Source: Patescibacteria group bacterium (GTDB lineage: Bacteria; Patescibacteriota; UBA1384; XYA2-FULL-43-10). Taken from it: 32,000 nt of DNA. This document shows, piece by piece, positions 17,018 through 28,884 of this stretch. Below the pieces are notes generated by a model that saw only the letters and a list, made by a program, of their open reading frames with translations, had not been told where the DNA came from and searched no databases. The DNA lies in contig JBAYVT010000001.1 in the NCBI GenBank assembly GCA_041674405.1, positions 60,001 to 92,000 on the forward strand, read 5' to 3'. Position 1 is the first letter of the stretch, and each line of letters opens with the position of its first letter. Made by a program: the position numbers and the translations under genes.

Positions 17018-17947
17018 ATGCGAGGCGTTAGCCTTCTGAAGTCGTTGGTGAGTTGGGTCGGAAGCTGGATCACGTTCATCATCGCGCTTGCGGTGATGGC
17101 CGGGTTCTGGTTCGGGTGCTACATGGCGGTGAAGACTTGGGCACCAGAGTATCTGCACTACTTCGATCTGGGCCTCTGGATCGCCGGGGGTTTGGCCGGG
17201 GTGATGCTCGTCTTCAACGAGCCGATCGTCGTTCTAGCCACTGGCGCCAGCCGAGTCAAGGAGCCGCTAGCCTTGGGCTCGGAGCGCAAGCTCTGGAACG
17301 CCGTAATGGCGGTAAGCGGCAGTATGATGATCAAGCCGCGCGTCTATCTGCTTCCAGACTTAGGCATGAACGCCATCAGCTTCGGCTGGGGAATCCCGTT
17401 CATGTCGGCCGTTGGAGCAACGCAAGGCGCCGTACACAGTCTAAGCGACGAAGAGCTGCAGGCCGTGATGGCACACGAGGTCGGGCACATCCTCAACAAG
17501 GACATCCTGATTTCTACCGCGATGGCCGCATCGGTCATGGTTATGGCCTTGACCGGCTGGCTTCTTATGCGGGTCGCCCCATGGACTGGCGGTAGGCGAA
17601 GCTCCTCATCAGAAAGCTCTAGCGGAGGGATCGCGATCCTGGTCTTCCTGGTCGTGGGTGGCGTGATGTACATTTTCGGCCGCCTACTGGGTAGCGTTCT
17701 GCAGGCGTTTGTCTCGCGACAGCGAGAGTATGTTGCGGATACTACCTCGGCCCGGATCATGGGATCGGGGGAGCCTCTGATCAGCGCCTTGCGCAAAGTC
17801 ACCGGTTACCCCTCGATTGGGTCTGATGTTGCGGCAGCCGCCGTAGGGTTCCTTTGCACTGCAGACCCCAATCCCGAGGACATGATGGCGACGCACCCGT
17901 CGCTGTCGGACAGGATTTACCACCTGAAAGACCTGTCTGGGGAGTAA
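17018..17947 (+). CDS. htpX: HtpX-like M48 family zinc metalloprotease
   Basis: 309 aa, multiple TM segments, LSDEELQAVMAHEVGHILNKD (HExxH), SRQREYVADTTSARIMG, THPSLSDRI. Confidence 0.9.
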   Translation: MRGVSLLKSLVSWVGSWITFIIALAVMAGFWFGCYMAVKTWAPEYLHYFDLGLWIAGGLAGVMLVFNEPIVVLATGASRVKEPLALGSERKLWNAVMAVSGSMMIKPRVYLLPDLGMNAISFGWGIPFMSAVGATQGAVHSLSDEELQAVMAHEVGHILNKDILISTAMAASVMVMALTGWLLMRVAPWTGGRRSSSSESSSGGIAILVFLVVGGVMYIFGRLLGSVLQAFVSRQREYVADTTSARIMGSGEPLISALRKVTGYPSIGSDVAAAAVGFLCTADPNPEDMMATHPSLSDRIYHLKDLSGE

Positions 17948-17973
17948 ATGAGAGTGGAGGTGGAGAGCCGAAG

Positions 17974-18004
17974 AGCGGACCAAGTGTCCGCTTTTGGCTT
18001 TTAA
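17974..18004 (+). terminator. Rho-independent terminator, copy 2 of duplicated cassette
   Basis: AGCGGAC-caagt-GTCCGCT + tttggctttt; near-identical to 16838-16868 including ~20 bp upstream. Confidence 0.8.
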
Positions 18005-18006
18005 AT

Positions 18007-18041
18007 AAAGAAAAAAGAGCCTTCAAGGTTCTTTTTTCTTT
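18007..18041. terminator. Bidirectional terminator between htpX (+) and rpsG (-)
   Basis: AAAGAAAAAAGAGCC-TTCAA-GGTTCTTTTTTCTTT; A-tract and T-tract on both sides. Confidence 0.8.
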
Positions 18042-18058
18042 ATGAGTTTCGATTTTAT

Positions 18059-18535
18059 TTAGAATCTTGCGAAGTGGGCAAACGCCTTGTTGGCTTCCGC
18101 CATCTTATGAGTTTCTTCGCGTTTTTTCACGGCTGCGCCTTCATTCTTGCAGGCCTGAATTATTTCATCTGAAAGTTTGAGTGCAAGTTTTTGGCCCTTT
18201 TTCTTATTGGCAGCGGCTAGAATCCAGCGCATGGCAAGTGTATTTTTGCGGTCTTTGTTGACCTCGACTGGCACCTGATAGTTGGCACCGCCGATTCGCT
18301 TTCCCTTAACCTCTACAATCGGACCGACGTTTTTGATCATCAGATCGAATACTTCCATCGGCTCAGACTTAAGCTCGACAGAAGCGGTATCAAATGCTTC
18401 GTAGACGATTCGCTCAGCAACAGTTTTCTTGCCATTTAGCATGACGTAATTGATGAATTTTGACATCAAAATGCTGCCGTATTTTGCATCGGGCTGTATT
18501 GGCTGCTTCTTAGCTTTTGTATTTCCTCGTGACAT
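18059..18535 (-). CDS. rpsG: 30S ribosomal protein S7
   Basis: 158 aa, SKFINYVMLNGKKTVAERIVYEAFD...KRIGGANYQVPVEVNKDRKNTLAMRWI. Confidence 0.98.
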   Translation of the reverse strand: MSRGNTKAKKQPIQPDAKYGSILMSKFINYVMLNGKKTVAERIVYEAFDTASVELKSEPMEVFDLMIKNVGPIVEVKGKRIGGANYQVPVEVNKDRKNTLAMRWILAAANKKKGQKLALKLSDEIIQACKNEGAAVKKREETHKMAEANKAFAHFARF

Positions 18536-18598
18536 ATTTTTCTATCTAATAACTTAAATGTAATAACTAATAACTAACTGAATAATTTCCTTTGGTTT

Positions 18599-19021
18599 TT
18601 AGCTGGCTTTGACAAGCTTTACCCCGTATTTGCTTCGGGCTTGTTTGCGGTCTTTGACACCTTCAAGGTCGAGCTTTCCACGGATAATGTGATATCGCAT
18701 ACCAGGAAGGTCCTTCACGCGTCCGCCGCGAATCATAACCACAGAGTGTTCCTGTAGATTGTGGCCTTCGCCAGGGATATATGCGTTTACTTCCATGCCG
18801 TTTGTAAGTCTGACACGGGCAAATTTACGCAAAGCGGAGTTAGGCTTTTTCGGGGTCATGGTGCCAACCTTCACACAAACGCCGCGCTTTAGGGGGCAGC
18901 CTTTCGGCATGGCAACCGGCTTATTCTTAAGATAGTTAAAAGTGTTCTTAAGCGCAGTTGTCTTAACTTTGTTCTTGGCCCTTGTTCGGCCTTTTCTTAC
19001 TAATTGGTTGATTGTTGGCAT
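18599..19021 (-). CDS. rpsL: 30S ribosomal protein S12
   Basis: 140 aa, [12 protein letters not shown]...[60 protein letters not shown]. Confidence 0.99.
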   Translation of the reverse strand: MPTINQLVRKGRTRAKNKVKTTALKNTFNYLKNKPVAMPKGCPLKRGVCVKVGTMTPKKPNSALRKFARVRLTNGMEVNAYIPGEGHNLQEHSVVMIRGGRVKDLPGMRYHIIRGKLDLEGVKDRKQARSKYGVKLVKAS

Positions 19022-19150
19022 CTAAAATTCCTAAATTGAAATTATCTCACTGAATATTCACACAGATTCACACAGAAAATTTCCAGAAACTTCTGTGATC
19101 AATTTTTGTGAACGTAAATACGATATCAAAATTTCACCCGATTGTCAAAG

Positions 19151-22100
19151 CTATTCTGCAGCCGCCTTGGCAAGTTCACCCAGCGATTGGCCCTTCAAGC
19201 CGGTACCAGCCGGAATGAGTTTACCGATGATGACATTTTCCTTAAGGCCATTCAAATTATCGGTTTTGCCGGAAATCGCAGCGTCGATTAACACAGAAGT
19301 TGTTTCCATAAATGATGCAGCAGACAGGAAGCTCTTGGTCTTTAGGGCGACTCGGCTCATACCCATAATGATAGGCTCAAATTCGATAAGCTTGGCACCC
19401 TCTTTCTTTCTTCTTGTGTTTTCACGGCCAAGCTCTTGCGAGTCGACGACCTGACCAGGAAGGAATTCGGTCTCATTATCAGAAGAGATAATTCTCGCTT
19501 TTGAGCACATCTGGCGAACAATTACTTCCAAGTGCTTGTCATTGATGTGCTGGCCTTGCGATTCATAAATTTTCTGAACATCATCGATAATATAATTTTG
19601 GGTCTCTTCCAAACCTTTTAGCTTGAGCGATGAAGTAAGATCGAAATGGCCTTCGGTAAGGGCATCACCCTTTTTCACATCGGCGCCGTCTTTGACGCGA
19701 AGCAGTGAAATTGTTGAAGTTGGATACTCGCGCATGACCTTACCGCGCCCGGAAATAATTCCTTTATCACCTGAAATTTTGATTTCACCGGCGATATTTG
19801 CGCGAAGCGGCTTCTGATCCTGCGCCTCAGCAATAATTTCTTTGGCCTTGATCTTATCGCCATTTTTCACAATCCATTTGTACTCTGCAGGCAAAACATG
19901 AGATTCAGATTTGTCGGCAATTCCCATAACGATCAATTCAGTCTCGTTTTTGTTCTTTTCAATTGTAACCTTACCATCGATTTCAGAAATAATTGCCGGG
20001 CTCTTCGGTGATCTGGCTTCAAATAATTCTTCAACTCGAGGCAAACCGGAAGTAATGTCTTCACCAGCAGCACCACCTGTGTGGAAGGTACGCATAGTAA
20101 GCTGGGTTCCCGGCTCACCAATAGCTTGTGCGGCAACGATACCAACAGTTGCACCGGTATTTACGAGCTGACCGGTAGCAGGATCTTGCCCATAGCAGTG
20201 TTGGCACACGCCACGCTCAGTCTGGCAACCAAGAAGCGAACGAATTTTGATAGAGTCAATTCCGGCGGCTTCGATTTTCTGTATGTCATCTTCGGTAAGC
20301 ATAGCACCGGCTTTGATTCCGGCTGCATCTTCTGCGAGCACTCGTCCACGGATGTAGGCATTCCAGGTGCCACCCTCAGCTTCGTAAAACGACTTATTCA
20401 TCTGGCGGCTCTGATCTGTCCCGCAATCTTGCATAGTGATAACGGTATCCTGAGAAACATCAACCAGTCTTCGGGTAAGATATCCCGCTTCAGATGTTCT
20501 AAGAGCAGTGTCAGCACGACCTTTTCTGGATCCGTGGGTTGATACGAAGTATTCAAACACCGACAAGCCTTCTTTGAAGTTCGAGATGATCGGAAGCTCG
20601 ATGATATTACCGGTAGGATCGGCTACGAGGCCCTTCATACCAGCAATCTGATTGAGCTGGGAAACATTACCGCGAGCCCCGGATTTCATGAATATGAAGA
20701 GGTTGTTATCTTTGTCAAACGCATCTACCATAGTCTTTTCAACCTCGCTTGATGCATCCATCCAAATCTCAACTGTCTTTGCATATCGCTCATCGTTGGT
20801 TAAAAATCCTGACATGAATTGGGTATCGATCTTGTTCAGCTTTTCTTGGGCTGCCTTTATGACATCCTTTTTCTTTTCAGAAACAACAATGTCTTCCACG
20901 GCAAATGTAATGCCGGATTGGCCAGCAAACTTGAATCCAAGAGCCTTGAAATTATCTACAAGCTTGGCTGTTTCAGCCTTTCCATATGTGTGGTAAACAC
21001 TTGAGACAACAGATTTGATTTTCTTTTCATCAAAGACTGCGTTTTCAAATGGATGCCCTTCAGGCAAATTTTCATTTAGAATGATTCGCCCAGCAGTTGT
21101 TTCGAGCACTTCGCCATTTACCCTGACCTTCACGAGTTCACGAAGCCCAAGTTTTTCAGCTTCGTATGCGCTTACAGCTTCGTCTGCATTTGAATATGCC
21201 TTGGTCACGGCTTTGTCTTCAGCTTCGAGCATAGACAAATAATATAGGCCAAGGATTATATCAAGCTTCGGAGTAACGATCGGATCACCGGAAGCAGGCT
21301 TTAAAAGGTTGTGGGCTGAAAGCATGATTTCTCCGGCTTCCATTTCCGCCTGTTCTGAAAGAGGAACATGAACAGCCATCTGGTCACCATCAAAGTCTGC
21401 ATTAAAGGCAGAACACACGAGCGGGTGAACCTGAATAGCTTTACCCTCGATCAAAACCGGCTGAAAAGCTTGAATACCAAGCCTGTGAAGAGTCGGTGCG
21501 CGATTGAGCATCACATGATGATCGCGGGTGATTTCTTCCAAAATATCCCAAACAAAAGATTCGCCTTGGTCTATGAGCCTGGTAGCATTTTTCACATTGT
21601 GAACATACCCGTCTTTGATAAGGCGGCCGATTACGAACGGCTTAAATAGTTCAAGAGCCATAACCTTCGGAATACCGCACTGGTTTAGCTTCAAATTCGG
21701 GCCGACAACGATAACAGACCTACCAGAATAGTCAACACGTTTACCAAGAAGGTTCTGTCTGAATCGTCCTTGTTTACCACGGATCATATCGGAAAGCGAT
21801 CGAAGTTTTCTCTTGCCGCCGGCAGATGAAGCGATTTTGCCTTTTCTGGCGGAGTTGTCGATTAAGGCATCCACTGCCTCCTGAAGCATTCGTTTCTCGT
21901 TGCGGCAAATAACTTCAGGCGCACCCTGTGAAATTAATCTTTTTAAGCGATTGTTTCTGTTCAATACTCGGCGATATAGGTCGTTTAGGTCTGATGCGGC
22001 AAATCGGCCACCATCGAGCTGAACCATCGGTCGAAGATCCGGCGGAATAACAGGAATGCGAGAAAGGACAAGCCATTCTGGCCTGATATCAGCGGACTTA

Positions 22101-22930
22101 AGATTGTTTAAAATTCGGAGAGTTTTAAGAAGTTTTCTTCTATTTGTGCCGTTGTCTTTGGCAAGGGCTGCACGAGTGTTTTGAATCTCAGCACCGAGAT
22201 CAACGCGCTTTAAAAGCTCGGAAACTGCTTCAGCACCGATATTTACAGAGACTACTTGCCCATATTTGATGGTGAGATCGTTGTATTTTTCTTCTGAGAT
22301 AATAGTGCCAGCCTTGATTCCGGTCAAATCGCTTTTTGCTTGCTTGTAAGCGGCATCGATTTTTTGGCGCTCGATTTCCTTGGATGCTTCGGATTTGGTA
22401 GGATCAGACTTTTTTATCTTGTTCAAATATTCCTGATATTCCTCTTCAAGTGCGGCAAGACTCTCTTCCTGAATTTCACTATTTATATCCATCACGATAA
22501 AGGAGGCAAAATAAATCACTTTTTCAAGATCATTAACAGAGAGACCAAGGATCGAGGCGATAACAGACGAAGTTCCGCGGGAATACCAAATATGCGCTAC
22601 AGGAACAGCAAGATCGATATGGCCCATTCGGATACGGCGTACAGATGAACGGGTGACTTCGACGCCGCACTTATCGCAGACTACGCCTTTGTATCGAATC
22701 TTTTTGTACTTTCCGCAGTAGCACTCCCAGTCTTTGGTCGGCCCAAAAATCCGTTCACAGAATAAGCCGTCGCGTTCTGGTTTTTGCGTGCGGTAATTGA
22801 TGGTTTCCGGTTTTAGAACCTCGCCATGAGACCATGTCAAAATGTCATCCGGCGAAGCAACGGAAATCTTTACCGCTTCGAAGTCGGTAACATTCACCTG
22901 GTCTTTTATTTCAACTCTTTCTTTCGCCAT
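19151..22930 (-). CDS. rpoC: DNA-directed RNA polymerase subunit beta'
   Basis: 1259 aa, [62 protein letters not shown]. Confidence 0.99.
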   Translation of the reverse strand: MAKERVEIKDQVNVTDFEAVKISVASPDDILTWSHGEVLKPETINYRTQKPERDGLFCERIFGPTKDWECYCGKYKKIRYKGVVCDKCGVEVTRSSVRRIRMGHIDLAVPVAHIWYSRGTSSVIASILGLSVNDLEKVIYFASFIVMDINSEIQEESLAALEEEYQEYLNKIKKSDPTKSEASKEIERQKIDAAYKQAKSDLTGIKAGTIISEEKYNDLTIKYGQVVSVNIGAEAVSELLKRVDLGAEIQNTRAALAKDNGTNRRKLLKTLRILNNLKSADIRPEWLVLSRIPVIPPDLRPMVQLDGGRFAASDLNDLYRRVLNRNNRLKRLISQGAPEVICRNEKRMLQEAVDALIDNSARKGKIASSAGGKRKLRSLSDMIRGKQGRFRQNLLGKRVDYSGRSVIVVGPNLKLNQCGIPKVMALELFKPFVIGRLIKDGYVHNVKNATRLIDQGESFVWDILEEITRDHHVMLNRAPTLHRLGIQAFQPVLIEGKAIQVHPLVCSAFNADFDGDQMAVHVPLSEQAEMEAGEIMLSAHNLLKPASGDPIVTPKLDIILGLYYLSMLEAEDKAVTKAYSNADEAVSAYEAEKLGLRELVKVRVNGEVLETTAGRIILNENLPEGHPFENAVFDEKKIKSVVSSVYHTYGKAETAKLVDNFKALGFKFAGQSGITFAVEDIVVSEKKKDVIKAAQEKLNKIDTQFMSGFLTNDERYAKTVEIWMDASSEVEKTMVDAFDKDNNLFIFMKSGARGNVSQLNQIAGMKGLVADPTGNIIELPIISNFKEGLSVFEYFVSTHGSRKGRADTALRTSEAGYLTRRLVDVSQDTVITMQDCGTDQSRQMNKSFYEAEGGTWNAYIRGRVLAEDAAGIKAGAMLTEDDIQKIEAAGIDSIKIRSLLGCQTERGVCQHCYGQDPATGQLVNTGATVGIVAAQAIGEPGTQLTMRTFHTGGAAGEDITSGLPRVEELFEARSPKSPAIISEIDGKVTIEKNKNETELIVMGIADKSESHVLPAEYKWIVKNGDKIKAKEIIAEAQDQKPLRANIAGEIKISGDKGIISGRGKVMREYPTSTISLLRVKDGADVKKGDALTEGHFDLTSSLKLKGLEETQNYIIDDVQKIYESQGQHINDKHLEVIVRQMCSKARIISSDNETEFLPGQVVDSQELGRENTRRKKEGAKLIEFEPIIMGMSRVALKTKSFLSAASFMETTSVLIDAAISGKTDNLNGLKENVIIGKLIPAGTGLKGQSLGELAKAAAE

Positions 22931-22987
22931 ATTATCCTCTGTTTTTCATTAATCAGGTCGGGCTAATTAGCCTAATTGGTTATTCAA

Positions 22988-25900
22988 TTATCCTTCTTTA
23001 ACTTCTTCTGAGACTATATCTTCATCTTCGCTGGTTTGTTCTGCGGCAATCTCCGTCAGCTTTTCATCAAGCTCTTCGCTATCACCATCTTCTCCGTCCT
23101 CAAAATCATCCGAGCTTTCTATTTCTACGTGGGAATCTTCAACATGAGGGGCTCGAATAACTTCACTCTCTTCTTCCAAAACTTCTGATTCCTCAGCGAT
23201 AAGATCGACACGAAGCGCTAAGCTCTGAAGTTCTTTGACCATAACGTTGAAAGCTTCCGGTAGGGTTGGTTTCTGAATCTTTTCGCCCTTAATGATAGCT
23301 TCGTAAGCCTTGGAGCGGCCGATAACATCATCGGATTTGATTGTGAGCATTTCCTGCAAGATATGGGCAGCGCCATAAGCTTCAAGGGCCCAAACTTCCA
23401 TCTCACCAAATCTCTGTCCGCCGAATTGTGCCTTACCACCGAGCGGCTGCTGGGTAATCATCGAGTAAGGACCGACAGAACGTGCGTGCATCTTGTCGTC
23501 AACAAGGTGATGGAGTTTCAAGATATACATAACTCCAACGGTAGATTCACGATCAAAAGGAAGGCCGGTTCTGCCATCGATGAGCTTAATTTTGCCGCTT
23601 TCCGGTAAATTCTGCTCTTTGAGTTTAGATCTGATTTCGTCATTTGAAATACCTTCAAAAGCAGGAGAAGCGACCTTATATCCGCCTTCCATCGCGGCCC
23701 AGCCCAAGTGGGTTTCCAAAATCTGGCCAATATTCATACGGGAAATTACACCAAGAGGGTTCAAAATTACGTCAACCGGGCGTCCATCAGGAAGATATGG
23801 CATGTCTTCTTCGGGAAGAATGGTAGAGATAACACCTTTGTTACCATGGCGTCCAGCCAGCTTGTCTCCAATCGAAATCTTGCGAAGCTGAGCCACAGAG
23901 ACTTCAACCATCTGATATACGCCAGATGGAAGTTCGTCGCCGGATTCTTTCGAAAATACCTTTACGCCGACGATTTTGCCGCGCTCGCCGTGAGGCAGGC
24001 GAAGCGAAGAATCCCGGACGTCTTTGGCTTTTTCACCGAAAATGGCCCGAAGAAGCTTTTCTTCAGCCGAAAGCTCGGTTTCACCTTTTGGCGAGATTTT
24101 ACCAACAAGGATATCGCCAGGGCCGACTTCTGCGCCAAGGCGAACAATTCCAAGCTCATCAAGATTTGAAAGTGCTTCTTCAGAAACATTTGGAATATCG
24201 CGGGTTAGAAGCTCAGGACCAAGTTTAGTATCGCGGACTTCGATAGAATATTTTTCAATATGAACACTTGAAAGTTCATGATCGCGAACCAATCTTTCAG
24301 AGATAATAATAGCATCTTCGTAGTTACCACCACCCCATGACATGAAAGCAACCAAAAGATTCTGCCCGAGAGCCAATTCGCCATTTTGCGTTGCTGAAGA
24401 ATCAGCGATAATTTGACCCTTTTTAACCTTGTCACCGACCTTAACAATCGGTTTTTGGTTTATAGCTGTACCTTGATTTGATCTTAAAAACTTCTCAAGC
24501 TCATAATCAAGCTCTTCGCCGTCTTTATTTTTGATTCGAATCAGGTGAGAAGAAACATGCGTTGCTTCACCATCTTCCTCAGCAAGCAAAATCTGGCCGG
24601 AGTCCTTGGCAGCGGCCTCTTCCATGCCGGTACCAACGATAGGAGAATCAGGCTTGATCAGGGGAACAGCCTGGCGTTGCATGTTCGATCCCATCATGGA
24701 TCTTGCTGCGTCATCATGTTCAACAAACGGAATAAGGGCCGTGGAGATAGAAACGATCTGTTTCGGCGATACGTCCATGTACTGAACCTTTTTGGCATCG
24801 GCAATTTCCGGCTCACCATTTTCACGTACAACTACGCGGTCGCCCTTAATATAGCTATTTTCATCAAGTTCGATCGAAGCCGGCGCAATCAAGTGTTTCG
24901 ACTCTTCGGACGCATCAAGATATTCGATTTCGTCTGTTACTTTTACTTTTTTACCCTCGACTACTACCTTTCTGTATGGCGTTTCCAAAAATCCGTATTC
25001 ATTTACCTTGGCATAGGATGCCATATAGGAGACAAGGCCAATATTCGGTCCTTCAGGAGATTCGATCGGGCAGATTCTACCATAGTGCGAAGTATGAACG
25101 TCACGAACTTCAAATCCAGCGCGTTCGCGGGAAAGTCCGCCAGGACCGGTAGCCGAAAGCGTTCGTTTATGTTCGAGCTCGGAAAGCGGATTTGTTTGAT
25201 TCATAAACTGAGAAAGCTGCGAGCTGGCAAAGAATTCTTGCAGAGAAGCGGCAATTGGGCGGGCATTTACAAGCGATCCGGGAGTAATTTCTTCAGCTTC
25301 GAGAACGGACATTCTGTCTTTGATGATGCGTTCGACGCGCAAAAGCCCGACTCGAACACGGCTCTGTACTAGCTCGCCGACAGCGCGGATTCTTCTGTTT
25401 TTTAGGTTATCCGTGTCGTCTTCTTTTGCTTCCGGAGTATTGTTTAGGCGGATTATTTCTTTAATGATTTCGATCAGGTCTTCGACTCGAAATACGCGGT
25501 TTTCAGGAATGTTTTTAATATCAAGATTTAACCTACGATTCATTTTGTATCGGCCAACCCTGCCAAGATCATATCTTTTCGAATTGAAAAACATTGTTTC
25601 GATGAAAACTTTGGCCGACTCAGGAGTGGCAAGATCACCAGGGCGAATTCTTTTGTAAGTCTCAACCAGGCCTTCTTCATAATTTTTGGCCGGATCTTTA
25701 AGAAGAGTTGATTCGATATATTTATGATTTTCATCGTCATCTACATCAGCAAACAAGTCCTTGATCTGTTGGTCTGTTGTAATTCCAAGAGCTCGAAGCA
25801 GGCTTGTAATAGGAATTCTTCTTTTGCGGTCAATTTTTACGGTGATGATATCCTTCGGGCTGGTTTCAATCTCAAGCCAGGCTCCACGGGAAGGAATAAC

Positions 25901-26371
25901 CTTTGCGCCGAACAGATTTCGTGCGCCAGAATTTTCAGAAGTAAAGAGAACACCATACGAACGGACAATTTGAGATACGACGACACGTTCGACACCATTT
26001 ATGATAAAGGTGCCGCGGCGGGTCATAAGAGGAAAATCACCAAGGAAAATTTCGCCTTCTTTGATTTCTTCGGTTTTCTTGTTTAGAAGGGTTGCCTTGA
26101 CACGCAGAGGTGCTTTATAGGTTAAATTTTTTTCTCGAGCAGTGCGTTCGTCTACCTTTGATTTTTCAAGATAATAATCGCCAAAGGTAAGAGAGTACAT
26201 TTCTCCGGTAAAATCATCGCAGGGCGAAATTTCGTCTAGGAGTTCACGAAGCCCTTCTTTGAAAAACCAGTCATAGGATTTCGTTTGGACTTCAATAAGA
26301 TTTGGAAGCTGTTCAAATGTTTGTTCTTGGCGAGGTTTGACCCTGCTTCCTACTTTGAATTTGGTTACCAT
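22988..26371 (-). CDS. rpoB: DNA-directed RNA polymerase subunit beta
   Basis: [52 protein letters not shown]. Start chosen at ATG 26371 (SD aggagag upstream); track begins at a GTG at 26377. Confidence 0.98.
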   Translation of the reverse strand: MVTKFKVGSRVKPRQEQTFEQLPNLIEVQTKSYDWFFKEGLRELLDEISPCDDFTGEMYSLTFGDYYLEKSKVDERTAREKNLTYKAPLRVKATLLNKKTEEIKEGEIFLGDFPLMTRRGTFIINGVERVVVSQIVRSYGVLFTSENSGARNLFGAKVIPSRGAWLEIETSPKDIITVKIDRKRRIPITSLLRALGITTDQQIKDLFADVDDDENHKYIESTLLKDPAKNYEEGLVETYKRIRPGDLATPESAKVFIETMFFNSKRYDLGRVGRYKMNRRLNLDIKNIPENRVFRVEDLIEIIKEIIRLNNTPEAKEDDTDNLKNRRIRAVGELVQSRVRVGLLRVERIIKDRMSVLEAEEITPGSLVNARPIAASLQEFFASSQLSQFMNQTNPLSELEHKRTLSATGPGGLSRERAGFEVRDVHTSHYGRICPIESPEGPNIGLVSYMASYAKVNEYGFLETPYRKVVVEGKKVKVTDEIEYLDASEESKHLIAPASIELDENSYIKGDRVVVRENGEPEIADAKKVQYMDVSPKQIVSISTALIPFVEHDDAARSMMGSNMQRQAVPLIKPDSPIVGTGMEEAAAKDSGQILLAEEDGEATHVSSHLIRIKNKDGEELDYELEKFLRSNQGTAINQKPIVKVGDKVKKGQIIADSSATQNGELALGQNLLVAFMSWGGGNYEDAIIISERLVRDHELSSVHIEKYSIEVRDTKLGPELLTRDIPNVSEEALSNLDELGIVRLGAEVGPGDILVGKISPKGETELSAEEKLLRAIFGEKAKDVRDSSLRLPHGERGKIVGVKVFSKESGDELPSGVYQMVEVSVAQLRKISIGDKLAGRHGNKGVISTILPEEDMPYLPDGRPVDVILNPLGVISRMNIGQILETHLGWAAMEGGYKVASPAFEGISNDEIRSKLKEQNLPESGKIKLIDGRTGLPFDRESTVGVMYILKLHHLVDDKMHARSVGPYSMITQQPLGGKAQFGGQRFGEMEVWALEAYGAAHILQEMLTIKSDDVIGRSKAYEAIIKGEKIQKPTLPEAFNVMVKELQSLALRVDLIAEESEVLEEESEVIRAPHVEDSHVEIESSDDFEDGEDGDSEELDEKLTEIAAEQTSEDEDIVSEEVKEG

Positions 26372-26725
26372 AGACACTCTCCTTCAATTCGAACGATGAA
26401 AAAACACGAAAATCCTGTCCCCGGTTCAGGGGATTTGAAATGAAAAAAGATCTAAGAGACGAGATTTCGTAGCATTAAATTGCTCGATTTATTTGATTGA
26501 ATGTGATTTACCAATAAAGACTAGCACAACAAGTTGCGTTTGTCAACACAAACACAAACCCTTGTTATTTTCATGTTGTATATATAATATTCCGAACGAA
26601 TGGTGGGTGTCAAGTGTGGATAAAATATTCGCATGCAGACTTAATTATTACGACTTATGTATCAAGTATCATGAGGTACGAATCAAGCGATTTTATTTAG
26701 CATAATACCTAATTCTTGATACTGG

Positions 26726-27181
26726 CTATTTTTTGCCTTTACGCAAAAAATCTGACTCTATCTGCCTCTCCTGCTCCCGTTTTTTGATCGTTTCTCTTTT
26801 GTCGAATTTTTTCTTGCCGCGGCCTAGGCCGACTTCAAGCTTCAGTTTCCCCCTTGTAAAATACATTTTCAGAGGAACAAGCGTCAGCCCTTTTTCTTCG
26901 GTTTTTCCTGCTAAACGCTCGATTTCAGTTTTTTTCAAGAGTAATTTTCGCGATCGCGATTTATCTTCCTCGTCACCAATTATCGAATTTATCAGGTATA
27001 CTTCACCATGCATTATGCGGACATGCGCACCTGAGATATTGGCACGTCCAGACCTTGCGGCCTTAATTTCGTTCCCGAAAAGAACAACCCCGGCTTCAAA
27101 CGACTCATCAATTGCATAGTCGAACCGGGCTTTCTTATTATAGATCTCAATTTTTTTTGTCTTTTCAGTTTTTGCCGGCAT
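26726..27181 (-). CDS. smpB: SsrA-binding protein
   Basis: IYNKKARFDYAIDESFEAGVVLFGNEIKAARSGRANISGAHVRIMHGEVYLIN...LLLKKTEI...KGLTLVPLKMYFTRGKLKLEVGLGRGKKKFDKRETIKKRE. Start inferred at MPAKTEK rather than 27223. Confidence 0.93.
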   Translation of the reverse strand: MPAKTEKTKKIEIYNKKARFDYAIDESFEAGVVLFGNEIKAARSGRANISGAHVRIMHGEVYLINSIIGDEEDKSRSRKLLLKKTEIERLAGKTEEKGLTLVPLKMYFTRGKLKLEVGLGRGKKKFDKRETIKKREQERQIESDFLRKGKK

Positions 27182-28184
27182 CGGTTTCGAGAGTTTTTTT
27201 AATGGTTGGCCATTCGGCGACAATAACAGCTATCGATGCTGAAATTGGTACGGCAAGCATCGCCCCGGCTATGCCCAGAAGACGCGCGCCAATCAAAATA
27301 GCAATGATAATAATAACCGGAGACAAGCCGACAGCCTTTTTCATGATGTTCGGCACCAGAATATTGTTTTCAAGCTGCTGAACAAGAATAAACAATGCTA
27401 CAACAATAAGTGCCATTATTGGAGAAACGGTGAGCGCAACAAGTGCAGCAATTATCCCGGCAATTATTGGTCCGATAAGTGGAACTATTTCTAAAACCGC
27501 TGCAATTACGGCTAGTGTTAAGGCATATGGAACACCAATTATAAGAAGCCCGATCAAATCCATAAGGCCGACAATCAAGCCAAGGAGCAACTGGCCGCGA
27601 AACCATGCGCCGACCTTGTCCGAAACTTTTCTGATAACAGCAATAATCCGATCGCGATATTCAGAAGGAATCAGATAGAGCGCTAATTTTCTTGGGGCAT
27701 GAGCATCCAGAAGCAAATAGACAAAAAGCACTATTGCGGTAATAAAAGTAACAACACCGCCAAAAATGCTTGCGGTAAGCGATACAAAGCCGGAAGACAA
27801 CCCGCCAACTCCCCGTGTAATTGCGTCTAGGTTGTTTTGGATAATTGGCGCGTATTGTTTAAGATACGAGTATTTGCCTAGATTCGCCGGTAGATGAAAA
27901 GCGAATTGTGAGGTTTCAGAAACAAGTGGCGGAATTATCAAATAAATAATAGCCGAAATAATTGCAACAATGATTAGAAGCATTGCGATGACTGCAGGAA
28001 TCCTGCGGATTTTTTTGGCCCACCTATTTACTACCGGTGCAAAAATGGCGTAAAGAAGTAAAACAACAAAAATCAAGGCAATAATATCTTTGATTAGATA
28101 CAGAAGATATATGGCCAGTATTGCCAAAGCTATTTTAACTATGGCCCAGATATCGATATCAACTTCTACTTTAGCTGGCTTCAT
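27165..28184 (-). CDS. AI-2E / PerM-family transporter-like membrane protein
   Basis: 339 aa, ~8 hydrophobic segments, FVVLLLYAIFAPVVNRWAKKI..., LIGVPYALTLAVIAAVLEIVPLIGPIIAGIIAAL, LEQLENNILVPNIMKKAVGLSPVIIIIAILIG. Confidence 0.88.
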   Translation of the reverse strand: MKPAKVEVDIDIWAIVKIALAILAIYLLYLIKDIIALIFVVLLLYAIFAPVVNRWAKKIRRIPAVIAMLLIIVAIISAIIYLIIPPLVSETSQFAFHLPANLGKYSYLKQYAPIIQNNLDAITRGVGGLSSGFVSLTASIFGGVVTFITAIVLFVYLLLDAHAPRKLALYLIPSEYRDRIIAVIRKVSDKVGAWFRGQLLLGLIVGLMDLIGLLIIGVPYALTLAVIAAVLEIVPLIGPIIAGIIAALVALTVSPIMALIVVALFILVQQLENNILVPNIMKKAVGLSPVIIIIAILIGARLLGIAGAMLAVPISASIAVIVAEWPTIKKTLETDAGKN

Positions 28185-28235
28185 CTACCCGCCTTTCATA
28201 ATTATTTTTAGCAAAAGATGCGGACTTCCTAAAAA

Positions 28236-28877
28236 TTAATTAATTACTTTCCCATGCTTAAATTCTATTTGCCCCCCAGCCGGAATAGTAATATTATCCT
28301 TCTTATCCACGCTTATTTTAACATTTTTTCCGGATATCTGCTCGACTATTCCCCCTTTTCTATTTAAGGCCGATTCTAAAACGCTGGAGTTTCCAAGGGC
28401 AAGTATTGTAACCGGAGAAGAATAATTGGAGGCGGAGATAAACGTATTTGTACCAATCCTGTGCCCATTTATACTGATCGCAGTTGCGCCGATGTTTTTA
28501 AGGGCATCGATAAGATCTACAAAATTTGCCGTCGTTAATTCTCCTGTAATCGCGATCATCACTCCCTGGCCGACTGATGGCGAAATGCCGACAATTTCTT
28601 CCAATAATTTAGACTCGCCCAACAATTTTTTCTTAGTTTCCGATTTATCGTCAGATGTCTTTAGATAATTATTGTAATTGTTGGTAAGTTCGTTGATTTG
28701 AGATTTCAATGACGCATTATTTTTCGCAACTTGTTCTATCTCTAACGCCATGACGGCATTTGTTTCGGGCTGTGTAAGCACATTAACTTTTTTACTGGCA
28801 AAATACTGAGTAATAATTCCAAAACCCAGAAGGAAACAAATTGCGCTAATAATGATGTAATCGGAGCGTTTGAACAT
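28236..28877 (-). CDS. DUF881-like envelope protein
   Basis: N-terminal TM, coiled coil, then GVMIAITGELTTANFVDLIDALKNIGATAISINGHRI. Start at ATG 28877, 8 bp after the upstream gene's stop (track start 28949). Confidence 0.75.
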   Translation of the reverse strand: MFKRSDYIIISAICFLLGFGIITQYFASKKVNVLTQPETNAVMALEIEQVAKNNASLKSQINELTNNYNNYLKTSDDKSETKKKLLGESKLLEEIVGISPSVGQGVMIAITGELTTANFVDLIDALKNIGATAISINGHRIGTNTFISASNYSSPVTILALGNSSVLESALNRKGGIVEQISGKNVKISVDKKDNITIPAGGQIEFKHGKVIN

Positions 28878-28884
28878 TCTATCC

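Noticed and set aside
16609-17031. 140-aa plus-strand ORF bridging methyltransferase and htpX
   Set aside because: Out-of-frame overlap with the methyltransferase and its terminator region; no motif support.
17053-17595. 180-aa plus-strand ORF inside htpX
   Set aside because: Arg/Gly-rich translation typical of an alternate frame in GC-rich DNA; htpX frame has the HEVGH motif.
19504-26086. Numerous plus-strand ORFs antisense to rpoC and rpoB (for example 24545-25372, 275 aa; 20081-20542, 153 aa)
   Set aside because: They are antisense shadows of highly conserved genes, with no independent start signals or family motifs.
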